Below are positions 9,943-20,155 of a stretch of DNA of 64,000 bases, in pieces. The DNA lies in contig RQSC01000009.1 in assembly GCA_013416795.1 (NCBI GenBank), positions 99,146-163,145 of the forward strand, read 5' to 3'. Every line of letters starts with the position of its first letter. Position 1 is the stretch's first letter. The position numbers and the translations under genes were made by a program. The notes below the pieces were generated by a model, which saw only the letters and a program-made list of their open reading frames with translations, did not search any database and was not told the DNA's origin. The stretch is from Prasinococcaceae sp. CCMP 1430 (Eukaryota; Plantae; Prasinodermophyta).

Positions 9943-10865
9943 CTACCTGAGGAGCCCGCTTTGTGCAGCCTCCTGTGGATCGTCGCTGCCTCGAATGTCG
10001 TCTCCTTCACTGCCATCCTTGGGGCTTACCGCCTCGCCGCCCTCAGTGTCGGTGCCATCGCCACCGAGGCCACCTCCTCCGATCGTGCCGCCGCCATCGC
10101 CGCGCTCATTCCCATACTGCTTCCGCGCGCGCTGCTCGTCATTGACAGCAGCTTCAACAGCCTCAAGTACGCCCCCCACGACGCGACTTGCTTGGTCGTT
10201 CCCGTCCTGCGCATCAGCAACTCCCTCCCCTCGCGCCGCATCGACGCTTTGGAGCTTTTCTTCCGCCTTGGCAGCTGCCTCGAGCGCCTCCGCAAGCTTC
10301 TGTTCAAGCGCGGCGTTGGTCTCGGCGAACTCCGAGGCCTGCTCGCGCTCGCAACGGGGGAAGATGCATGACACCGGCACCCGTCAGTGCCATGGCAAGC
10401 GCGCGCGCCTTCGCGTCGTTGCGTCAGCGCCGCTTGGGCGAACAGCTGCAATCTACAACGCACCTCGCGCTCAGCATTGGCGAGTTTCTCGGAAAGTTCC
10501 TGTGCGGACGCGCGCAGTTGGGCTGACACCGCCTCGGAATCGGCCAGTGCAGCCCCCCCCGACGCTTTTGTCTCCTCGCACTTGAGCGCAGCGTCCTTGT
10601 ACTTAGCGACGTCCTGCTCGGCGTGTGCGAGGCGCTCGGCCGTTGCCTCGGCACGCGCGGTCACGCGGCTCACATCGGCGATCGCCTCGCGATAGAGCGA
10701 CTCAAATTGCGAGCTCCGGCGCAGCGCAGCAGCGCTCGAGGCGGCCGACCGGTTCCACAGAGCCCCGAGGCCGAGCAGCCCGGCGGCCCCGACCCCCCAC
10801 ACCAGCAGCGTCGTCTGCGCGCGGCGCGGACCCCCCACCCCCGCGCCGCGCCCGCGCACGCCCAT
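9943..10865 (-). CDS. Hypothetical type II membrane coiled-coil protein (exons 10865-10464, 10338-9943)
   Basis: N-terminal hydrophobic segment LLVWGVGAAGLLGLGALW, long heptad-like region and acidic/Gly tail. A phase-0 GT-AG intron joins the two ORFs. Confidence 0.6.
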
Positions 10866-11339
10866 CGCCCAGCTGCGCTGCCGGTGAGCTTTAATACCTT
10901 TCTCGCCCCGCGCCCCGCGCCCCGCGACCCGCGCCTCGCGCCGCCTGTGCCAACGCGCCACCCCCACTTCCCCCCCTCCCCCTCCCCGCGACGCCACACG
11001 CGCTCCACCACGGCACTGCGCGTCCGTCGGTTGGGGAACGCTCCCAGTGCGCGCGCGCGCGCGCCCCTGCGCGGCGGGGTTAAGGTTCCAACAATTAGGG
11101 TAAGTCAGGAAGTAGGGTTAAGTGTACGTATATACGGTATGCAGCACGCACAGACACTGCTCTGTGCGGGGTTAAGGTTACGAGGGATAAGGGTTGATGG
11201 TATTTGGGGTGTAAAAAGGGTTTGAGCGCCGGCTCGGGCGAGATCGCGATCGCGGCCGGAGCAGATAAGGCTTGGCTCGAAGCTGGTGCAGGGCAGGGTG
11301 GGGGTGGGGGTGGGGGTGGGCGCGCCGGCGGCCACGCGC

Positions 11340-12171
11340 GGCCGCGCAGCAGGCGAGCGGCGGCCGCGTGGCCGTGGTCGCGCCGGCGGCGGTCGAGCAG
11401 AGGGTCGGCGAGGGATGGACGCTGGTCGACATTCGCGATCAGGCGCAGCACGACAGGGCGCAGCTCGACGGCGCGAAACACGTGCCGCTCTTCGTCTCCG
11501 AGGAGGCGAACGACGCGACCGCGATGGGCAGGAAGGTTCGTAGGGCGGCGGGGCCGCGCCGGCGTGTGCGCTGCCTCGCGCGCCCGCATGTCCGATCGCG
11601 CGCACCTGTGGGATCGCGCGCGCGTGCACGCTCGTTGCGCCCCGCGCGTTTGGCGATCGCGCGCTGACTGCCGCGGCCACGCATCCGCCCTGTCGCCCGC
11701 CGCTCCTCCCGTCGCCCTGCGCGGCCGTGCCTGCGCACGGGCAAACGCGCTCGCACCATCACGCTGCCGGGACCGACGTCCCTTCAGGCGGTCGTTTTTG
11801 GCACGATCGGTTGGTTTAGCGGCCAGCAGCTCACTCGCGAGAACGAGGGCTTCGTGCAGGATGTCGAGGCGGCCGTCGGCGGGAACCGCGCAGACTCCCG
11901 TGTGCTGCTCGCGTGCCAGACGGGTTTGCGCTCTGAGCTGGCCGCGCAGCGCCTGCTCGCCCTTGGGTTCGGCGAGGTGGCGTACGTCGTGGGCGGGCTC
12001 AACGCTGCCAAGGGCGCCGGCCTGAAGACCACCGGCGAACGCGACATCTGGGAGGCTGGCAAGGGTGGCGTCTCGCAGTACTTCAACACGATCGTCAAGG
12101 TCGTGGTTGCCCTCGTGGGCCTCGCGTGGCTCGGCGTCACCGCGTACATCGAGCTCGGCTACGCTGATTGA
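11340..12171 (+). CDS. Plastid-type rhodanese-like protein, STR9/STR10-like (intron 11536-11787; start codon not found)
   Basis: GWTLVDIRD...AKHVPLF...RVLLACQTGLRSELAAQRLLALGFGEVAYVVGGLN plus a C-terminal TM helix. The intron is in phase. Confidence 0.8.
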
Positions 12172-12491
12172 GGCGGGAAACGTCCTCATGCGAGCAGGCG
12201 CCGGGCGGGCGCGTCGGAGTGTACATAGCGTAAAAGCGGAGCGAGTTGTGGTGCCTTTGGTAGATGGCATGGCCGCCTCACGCGCGCACGGGCGCTTGCG
12301 GGCATCCGGCCTTGAAGGTCTGCTGTCAGCTTTGGCCACGCTCGCGCTCGCGGGGCCGTGGGGGAAATATGCTACTATCACAATGTTACAAGCAACGGCG
12401 TGGCCGCGATGTGCTGCGCGGGTGGGGTCGCGCCAGCGAGCGGAGCGCGCGATTGCACTGGGCCGTGCGCTGCCGAGGCATGCGCGCTTGG

Positions 12492-13163
12492 TCAGTACGC
12501 GATCGCAGAGGACCACGGTACTACCGGCCGCGGGTCATCTGAGCGCAGATACGCGCACAGCAGCACGCCGTGCATGAACCATGCGATGCAGAGAGCTTGA
12601 ATCGCCGACCGCGCGCCCTCGCCAAGCCCCGTTAAGATGACCATCGGTATAGCCACCGCCGTGAGGAGCTTAGTTTCTAGAGCGCTCAGCACGCCGCCCC
12701 GCGAGAAGGACACGGCGACGAAGAGCGCCGCTGTTGCCGACACAAAGAGCATGCCCTTCGCATCTCCGCGGCCAGGCTCCACCGCCGTCGCAGTCTGTGC
12801 GCCCGCGCCCTCCTCGAGTTCTGTACCCTCGTGCGCCGCGCCATTCCTTGCACCGGTCCGCGCCCCCTTGTCCGCACGCTGCCGCGTCTCGTCTCCCTCC
12901 AAGCGCGCCGCTTTGAGCTCCCTCCTCTTGACGGAGAGCTTCGCCCGCGCCACTGCGAGATCTTCTGCGAGCGCGCGCGAGTGCTCGCGCTCTCTCTCGA
13001 GCAGCTCCGCCGCCTGCATCATGCCAAGCGCGCGGTTGCGCACTGTGCGGGCGGCGCGGAGCGGCGCAAGCGCCACGCCTGCAGCAGCACAGATGCATGC
13101 CCACGGAAGCGTCGCAAGGTACCACGCGAGCGAGAGCAAGCGCTGCATAGCGCTCGACAACAT
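12492..13163 (-). CDS. Hypothetical membrane protein with a central coiled coil
   Basis: ATG-initiated 223-aa frame with an N-terminal hydrophobic stretch, a charged helix and about 3 C-terminal hydrophobic segments. Confidence 0.55.
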   Translation of the reverse strand: MLSSAMQRLLSLAWYLATLPWACICAAAGVALAPLRAARTVRNRALGMMQAAELLEREREHSRALAEDLAVARAKLSVKRRELKAARLEGDETRQRADKGARTGARNGAAHEGTELEEGAGAQTATAVEPGRGDAKGMLFVSATAALFVAVSFSRGGVLSALETKLLTAVAIPMVILTGLGEGARSAIQALCIAWFMHGVLLCAYLRSDDPRPVVPWSSAIAY

Positions 13164-14004
13164 CGCCCCTCCTCCGCGCAGCGGGGGGGGGCGAACGTGG
13201 GGTCGCGAAGGCGGTGGGCGCGCAGCGTGAGCAGTTACTTTCCTCCGCCGGGAGGGCCCACCGGCCCCCGCGCACTCAGCCTGGCTTCGGCGCACGCGTG
13301 GAGCTGTTCGGAGGGCTCGCGGGACAGCCTCGCCGGCCCCTTGAACGCTCCTTCCCACCACCGCCCTGCGTCACACGGCACAGCCCCGGGTGCGCGCCCC
13401 CAGCGCGCCCCCCGCGCGTGTGCGTGCAGTGGCGCTGGCCGCACCGCTGGGCGCCCCCCCCGCTGCCGCCGCGGCGCACGGGAGCGGCAGGCGGCAGAGC
13501 CGACGCCGAGGCCCCATCGCCTAGGCGCGCGTCGGTAGGTGCGACGGCAGCGCAAGGTACGGCATCGTCGCCTCGATCTCAACCGGCACGAGCCCCAACG
13601 CCTGCACCAGCAGCACCTGCACCACCACCACCACCAGCACCTGCACCAGCAGCAGCAGCAGCAGCAGCACGAGCAGATTCAGGCCCCCTTCGATTTTGAT
13701 GGAGCTTTCGCATGCGCGAACGCGCAAAGGCCGAAACGCATGCGAAGCGCGCGCCGCTTAAAAAAAAAAAGAGGCACGAAACGCGCTTTACCGAGTGCTG
13801 TTTCGTGGCGTTTTTTTTTTTTTTGCGTGCGCGCCTCGTGGGGCGGGTGGGCAGGCCGGGCCCGGGGCGCTGCGCGCACGTGCCACACGGGGCGCGCACG
13901 CGCGCTCGCGCGCGCGCGCGGCGCTGCGGGTGGGGCGATCGGCGGGAGACGGCGGGTGTTCGGTTGGGTTGAGGGGTGGGGTGGGCTGCGGGTGGAGAGC
14001 GGGC

Positions 14005-15975
14005 ATGGGGCTCGACGATGGCCTCGCGGCGCCGCAGCGCCGCACGGCGCGTCGACTGCGGAACGCGATGTGCCCGCACACGCCGGCGGGCATAGGCGCG
14101 CTCGTTCTCGCGGCGACGGTGGGCGGTGTCGTCCTGACGCTCTTCATGCTGGGCCTAGGGCCCAGCGAGGTGCGCGAGCGCTACGCGGAGGTCCACCAGG
14201 GCGGACCCACGGCGTCGGCGGGGCGGAGAGGAGGGCCCCGCGCGCGAGTCGCCGCGGAGGTCGCCGCGGCCGACCGCATACACGTCGCTGCGCAGGCGGG
14301 CGAGCGCCTCGCCACGACGCTCTCGAAGCGCGACTGGCATTCCGAGCGCGTGCCGCTCGAGGACGATTTCGACCCCATCGAGGCAATGCGCCTGACGCCG
14401 ACGCAGGCTGAGTGTCTCGCCGACTACGACGAGCGCTGGGCGGCCGCCGTGGGCCTGCGCTCCGCCGTGATGCCAACGACGTTCGTGCGCCTGCCGATGA
14501 GCTTCGACGCGGTGCGGGTGCGCGCGGAGATAGCGGCCGCCATGGGTGCCAAAATGGAAGACGTCGAGGCTGGCGTGCCCGACTGGTTAAGCGCGGGCGT
14601 GGACGGGCTGCACGGCGGCCCCGGCTGGGTGGCCCGCCCACCCGACAAGCTTCGCGGCACCAACACGACCAAGGTGTTTAATTACTTCTGGGCGCTCGTG
14701 GAACAGGAGGACCCGGAGGCGTCCAACCAAAATCCCGACGGCAAGGAGGGCCCTTTCGCGCTGTCGGGGCCGAACGAGGGCGAAGACCCCCGCCTGCTGC
14801 GGATGCCGTACACCAGCCAGCTAATCGCCTCCTTGCGCGTTCCTGTCGGGCGCTCGCGCCTGATGCTCGTCAAGGATGGCGATAAAGTCATGCGGCACGT
14901 CGGTGCGTGCTGCCATAGGCTCGGGCCATTGACAGCAAGCCTGCTCAGGCTCGCTGCTTGCATGCGGCACCTCCTTTTCGTGCCAACGCCTTCGCAAGCT
15001 CCTTGTGCGATTGTGCTGACCGGATGATGTGCCGCCGCCCTCCCTGCGAGACCCCACGCAGATCTGAAGGATCACCTCAGGCACATGGGACAGTCATATT
15101 TGCCCACGACAATAAAGGGCTACTGGGGCCGACGCTATCGCGTGCACCTGCCGCTCATGACGGCGGACGAAGTCGTCTTCGAGGGAACTTCCCACGAAGA
15201 TCCCTCGAAGGCTCACGAGATGCATCGGCGAGCTCGTAATGATGCGGACGACTGGGACGGAAGGCTCAGCGTGAATATGTGTGAGGGTGAGGCGTGGGTC
15301 TTCGACAACGCTATGCAGCACGCCGTGCGTAACACGTGGGACAGGCCGCGCGTGCACCTCGTTGTGGATACGATCGGAAGTCTGCCGTTCTACGAGAAAG
15401 TCGCTGCAGGTGACCACATTAATAGTAATCCTGCTGAACCTACGCCGGTGAAGCTGCCCAACAAGCCGCCGTCGATCCTCGAGACACCCTCCAGCGACAA
15501 CGTGGTTGACCTGACCGTCGAGAATTGGCGCGACTCTCCCCCCTTCGAGGCGATGGACGCCGAGAGCGCGGCGAGCTACTTGCTCGACTCTATCGCGTCG
15601 CGCCTCTCGCCGGAAGCGCGCAGCATGTTTGAGCAAGTCGTGCACGCCGTGCTGGCGCGATGGCCGGAAGCGACGTCGCCTGCGTACAAGATGACGGACG
15701 CCGCTGCGCGCAAGGCCGAGCTCGCTGCGCGCCGTCGCCTGGCCGATGCCATCCGTCGGGGAGCGGCCGCCATCACGTGCGCGAGTGCCGACGGCGCGCT
15801 GCTGTCCAACGGCGGCGGCATCTCCCTGCGCGACGCGGTGGAAGCCTTCGCCTTCAACGCGCTCTACTTCGAGTGCGACGGCGTGCTCGACCCCGAGGAG
15901 AGCTCAGATCGTGGGCCCTGCTTCTTCAAGCGCCCGAACCAACACAAGAGCGGCCACAACCGGAGGCACGCCTGA
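14005..15975 (+). CDS. Type II membrane 2OG-Fe(II) oxygenase, aspartyl/asparaginyl beta-hydroxylase-like (exons 14005-14902, 15062-15975)
   Basis: Splicing creates the HxD motif (RHVD). Also VGRSRLM, RVHLPL, GEAWVFDNAMQHAVRN and RVHLVVD, typical of the Asp/Asn hydroxylase family, and an N-terminal TM helix. Confidence 0.7.
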
Positions 15976-16361
15976 CGCCTATGCAGAGGGCGGAGTTGCG
16001 GCGCTGTCACGCGCTGCGCGCTGCGCGTAAGCAAGGAATCCCACGGCCCACGACCTCGCGGCGCTGCGCTGCAACGCCGCGCTTGAGCGCCGCTCGGGCC
16101 GCATACCGCGCAGACGCGCCGCCAGCGCGACCTCTGTGATGTGCGCCGTCGCAATGCGCATGCGAGCCGATTTAAAAACGCGACCTCGCCACAGCGCGCG
16201 CGCGCGAAGGCGCGGCACCCCCATCCACGCTTGCCCCCCTCGCATCGTGCGCGTGCCCACCCACGCAGCGCGGCGCCGCGCGCCGCCGCGCAGGGCGGGC
16301 CGCGCTGGGGCGGCAGGGGTGGCAAGGCGGGAGGGGACGAGTGAGCACTCGGGGAGGTGAA

Positions 16362-17347
16362 ATGGCGTCGCCATCGCCGCTGTCGCCGCTGTCGCAGCCT
16401 TCGCCTGGGCCGCTGGCGCCCACACCGACGCAGGCCTCCGGCGCTGGCGCAGGCGCCTCTGCGGGGGGTGGGGGGAGCGCGAGTGCAGCTGCGGGCGAGT
16501 CGGCTGCTGCCGCCGCCGCGCGGCTGAGACGCGCGGCGGACAGGCTGACGCTGAAGGTCGCCCTTCTGGGCGACGCGCAGACGGGCAAGACGAGCCTCAT
16601 GATCAAGGTGCGCGTTGGCGCTCGCGCGCCGCCGCGCTCCCCTGCGCCGGGCCACGCTCCGCCGCGCTGCGCCGCCTCCCTCGCGCGCGCCCCTGCGCCC
16701 GAGTCAGCGAGTGCGCTGACGCGCGCGTGGGGCGACTGTGCAAGTTCGTCGAGGAGCGCCGCGTGGACGATGACTACGTGCAGACGCTGGGCGTGAACTT
16801 CATGGAGAAGACCGTGCCCGTTCGTGATACGGACGTCGTGTTCTCGGTGTGGGATCCGGGGTCGCAGCGCGAGTTCATGCAGTCGCTGCCGCTGGTGTGC
16901 TCGGACGCGGACGCGTTCCTGTTCATGTTCGACCTTGGCCGCCGATCGACGCTCTCCAGCATCAAGCGCTGGTACTGCGACGCGCGCGCGACCAACGCAG
17001 CAGCGACGCCCGTGCTCGTGGGTACCAAGTACGACTTCTTCTGCAACCTGCCTGAGGAAGAAAGGAGGGAGACCGCGCGCCAGGCGCGCGCGTACGCGCG
17101 CGCGATGGGCGCGCCGCTCGTGTTTTGCTCGGCGCGCCACGGCGTCAACGTGCAGACGCTCTTCCGCGTGGTCACCGCCGCCGTGTTCGGCGCCCCCGCT
17201 GGCGTTCGAGAGTCGACCGACTTCGCCGACGGCCCGATCGTCGAGCTGACTGGGCCGGAGAACGGCCACCATCACGCCAGCGACGGAGGCGCGGCGAACG
17301 GCCCCGGTGGCGCCGAGGGCGGCGCAGACGAAGCCCCGCGCGGTTGA
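16362..17347 (+). CDS. SPG1: Tem1/Spg1-family small GTPase of the SIN/MEN (exons 16362-16607, 16745-17347)
   Basis: LKVALLGDAQTGKTSLMIK|FVE...YVQTLGVNFMEK...FSVWDPGSQREF...LPLVCSDA...LFMFDL...VLVGTKYD. Confidence 0.88.
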
Positions 17348-17770
17348 GCGCGGTGGCCTTCACTCGCGGATGTAACATGTACATGTAGGCTGTCGAGCGC
17401 TCGCCAGTGCGCTGGGGGTCGGGCGAGGAGGGGTCGGCCGACAGCTCCTCCCCGCCCGAGCCGCATGCCGCGCGAGGCCCCCGGGGCCTCCGCCACTGCT
17501 ATATATTGACGATGTATGCAGCCACGGGAAAGTCTTTGTCTGCGATTGAAACTTTCCCGTGGGTTCATGCATCGTCATTATTTATTACGAACCCAGGCAT
17601 CTCGCGGCGCTCGCGGACGGCGGCCCCCGCGGGCGGCGGGGGGCCCGGACGGGAGGGATCGGATCTTCGCCGGGGAAGCGCCGGCGGCCGCGCAATCCGC
17701 GGGGCGTCAAACGGCCCCGAGTTGCACCCGGGCGTAGATAGACAGGTGGCTGGCTCGGCGTAAAAAAAGG

Positions 17771-17812
17771 CCAAACCAAACCAAACCACACCACACCACA
17801 CCACACCACACC
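17771..17812 (+). repeat. (CCAAA)3(CCACA)5 pentanucleotide microsatellite
   Basis: Read directly from the sequence. Confidence 0.95.
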
Positions 17813-18525
17813 GAGAAAAAACGCCGAGCGGAGAGAAAACAAAGCCCCCCCGAAAAAGTAAAAAAAAAAAAATCCGCGGCGCGCAGATACTCTCTCTCGC
17901 GCGCGGGAAAGCGTCAGCGCGGGCCGGCGCGCGTTTAGGGTCGAAAATGGACGGCGCAGCTACGGTATCATTTTGACCTCGGGTATCGGCATTGTTTGGG
18001 GTTAGGGTTAGTGAGTTTCAGGAAAAAGGGGGGCAGGGGGGATGGGGGGACCGGGGGCGGAGTTTGCGTTTCGCCGCGCGCGCGCGCGCGCGCCCGCGTT
18101 TCGCTTTCGCTTTCGCTCCGCGCGCGTGTCGCGGGACGGGCGCGGCGCGATGGACGTTCGAGCGGATTTCGCGAGGGGTTTCCGCGGGTTTTCCCCGCGC
18201 GCGCGCGCGCGCGCGCGCGGCGCACCGCCGCGATATCTGCGCTCACTGCGGCCCCGCGNNNNNNNNNNNNNNNNNNNNNNNNNNNNNNNNNNNNNNNNNN
18301 NNNNNNNNNNNNNNNNNNNNNNNNNNNNNNNNNNNNNNNNNNNNNNNNNNNNNNNNNNNNNNNNNNNNNNNNNNNNNNNNNNNNNNNNNNNNNNNNNNNN
18401 NNNNNNNNNNNNNNNNNNNNNNNNNNNNNNNNNNNNNNNNNNNNNNNNNNNNNNNNNNNNNNNNNNNNNNNNNNNNNNNNNNNNNNNNNNNNNNNNNNNN
18501 NNNNNNNNNNNNNNNNNNNNNNNNN

Positions 18526-19990
18526 CGCTGTCGCGGCGGAAGCTGCCGGCGCGGCCTCCGACCTGGGGGCCGCCGCGCAAGCGGGGGCGGGGGCCGAGGC
18601 CGGGGCCGGGGCTGAGGCGGAAGCTGAGGCGCCGGCGGCCAAGGAGGGCAAGCTCTGCGTGCTCGGCCTCCCATGGAAAACCAAGGACGACGGCCTCCGC
18701 GAGTACTTCTCCAAATTCGGCGAGCTCGTCGACGCCGTGGTCATGACCGAGCGCAGCACGGGAAAGTCGCGCGGCTTCGGATTCGTGACGTACAAGGACG
18801 AGGAGACGGCCGAGAGGGTGGCCTCGGAGGAGCACGAGGTGGACGGGCGCGCGGTGGAGGTGAAGAAGGCGGTGCCGCGCGGTGAGCTGCGCAGCGCGCG
18901 CGAGGGCGAGGGCGGGTCGCCCGGCAGGGGGGCGACTGCGCGCATATTCGTGGCGCGCATCAGGAGCTCGGTGACCGACGCCGACTTCAGGACGTACTTC
19001 GAGCAGTTCGGTCCGATCTCTGACGCGTACATGCCCAAGGATCACGTCACGAGGGAGCACCGCGGCATCGGCTTCATCACGTACGACAGCCCCGGGCCGG
19101 TGGAGATCGTCATGGCGCGCACGCACGAGCTCGACGGGCAGGTGGTCGCGGTGGACCGCGCGACGCCGAAAGACGAGAGCCATGGGGGGCGAGGGCGCAG
19201 CGGCGCGGGCGGGAGCGGCGGCGGCAGGCGAGGCTCCGGCCGGGGTGGCAACCCCAACGCCATGCTGCAGGGCTTCGCTCGCATGAACCTAGGCTACGGC
19301 ATACCGGCGGCGCCGTACATGCAGGGCGGCATGCCCAACCCGCACTACGGCTTCAGCAGCGGCGTGGTCAACCCGCAAGGCTACCCTCCGAACTATCCGA
19401 ACTACAACGCGGCGGTGCTCGGGCAGCACCCCATGGGCGGGCCTGTCGGCGGCATGGCGCACCTGAACGCCGGGGCGCAGACCGGGTGGGTCGGCATCGC
19501 GCAGGCGCAGGGGCATCCGGGGGCGGGAGGCCAGTACCCAGTGGGCATGGGCCAGCAGTACGCGATGCACCAGCAGCACTTCGGCACAGGCTCGCCCCAA
19601 GCCACGATGCAGCAATATCAGGCGCAAGCTCAGGCGGTGCAGCAGGCCCAGGTGCAAGCGCACGCGCAGGCGCAGGCTCAGGCGCAGGTGGCGCAGGCGC
19701 AGCAGGCGGCCCAGGCACAGGCGGCGCAGGCGGTGCAGCAGGCTGCCCAGGCGCAGATGCATGGGCAGGCGTTGCAGGCGCCACCGAGCCCGCAGCTGGG
19801 GCCTGACGGCAGGGGGCAGCCGCACCAAGAGATGCACCCACCGTCGCACACGGAAGGCGCCATGAGTCCGTATCAGCAGCAGCTCGATCGCGCGCGCGCC
19901 GCCCTGGAAGGCGACGACGAAACCGACCCGTGGGCGGCGGCGACGCAGCAGCAGAGCTCGCCCCGCACGACCTCGCCGTACACCACGTGA
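18526..19990 (+). CDS. Two-RRM RNA-binding protein (hnRNP A/Musashi/DAZAP1-like) with a Gly/Gln/Ala-rich tail; start in gap
   Basis: KLCVLGLPW...KSRGFGFVTY and RIFVARI...HRGIGFITY are RNP2/RNP1 pairs, followed by a low-complexity C-terminus. Confidence 0.88.
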
Positions 19991-20155
19991 TTGTCCCTGC
20001 TCATGTGCACCTGTACCATTTGTCCGCTACGGCGTCTCCCCTGTCTGCCCACTGCGCCGAGCGCGCGCGGCGCGCGCGGCGCGCGCGCTCGCGCACGCAC
20101 GCGCGCGTCCACACCCGTCCGCACCGCAAGCTCGTGCGTTTCCTCATGAGTAACG

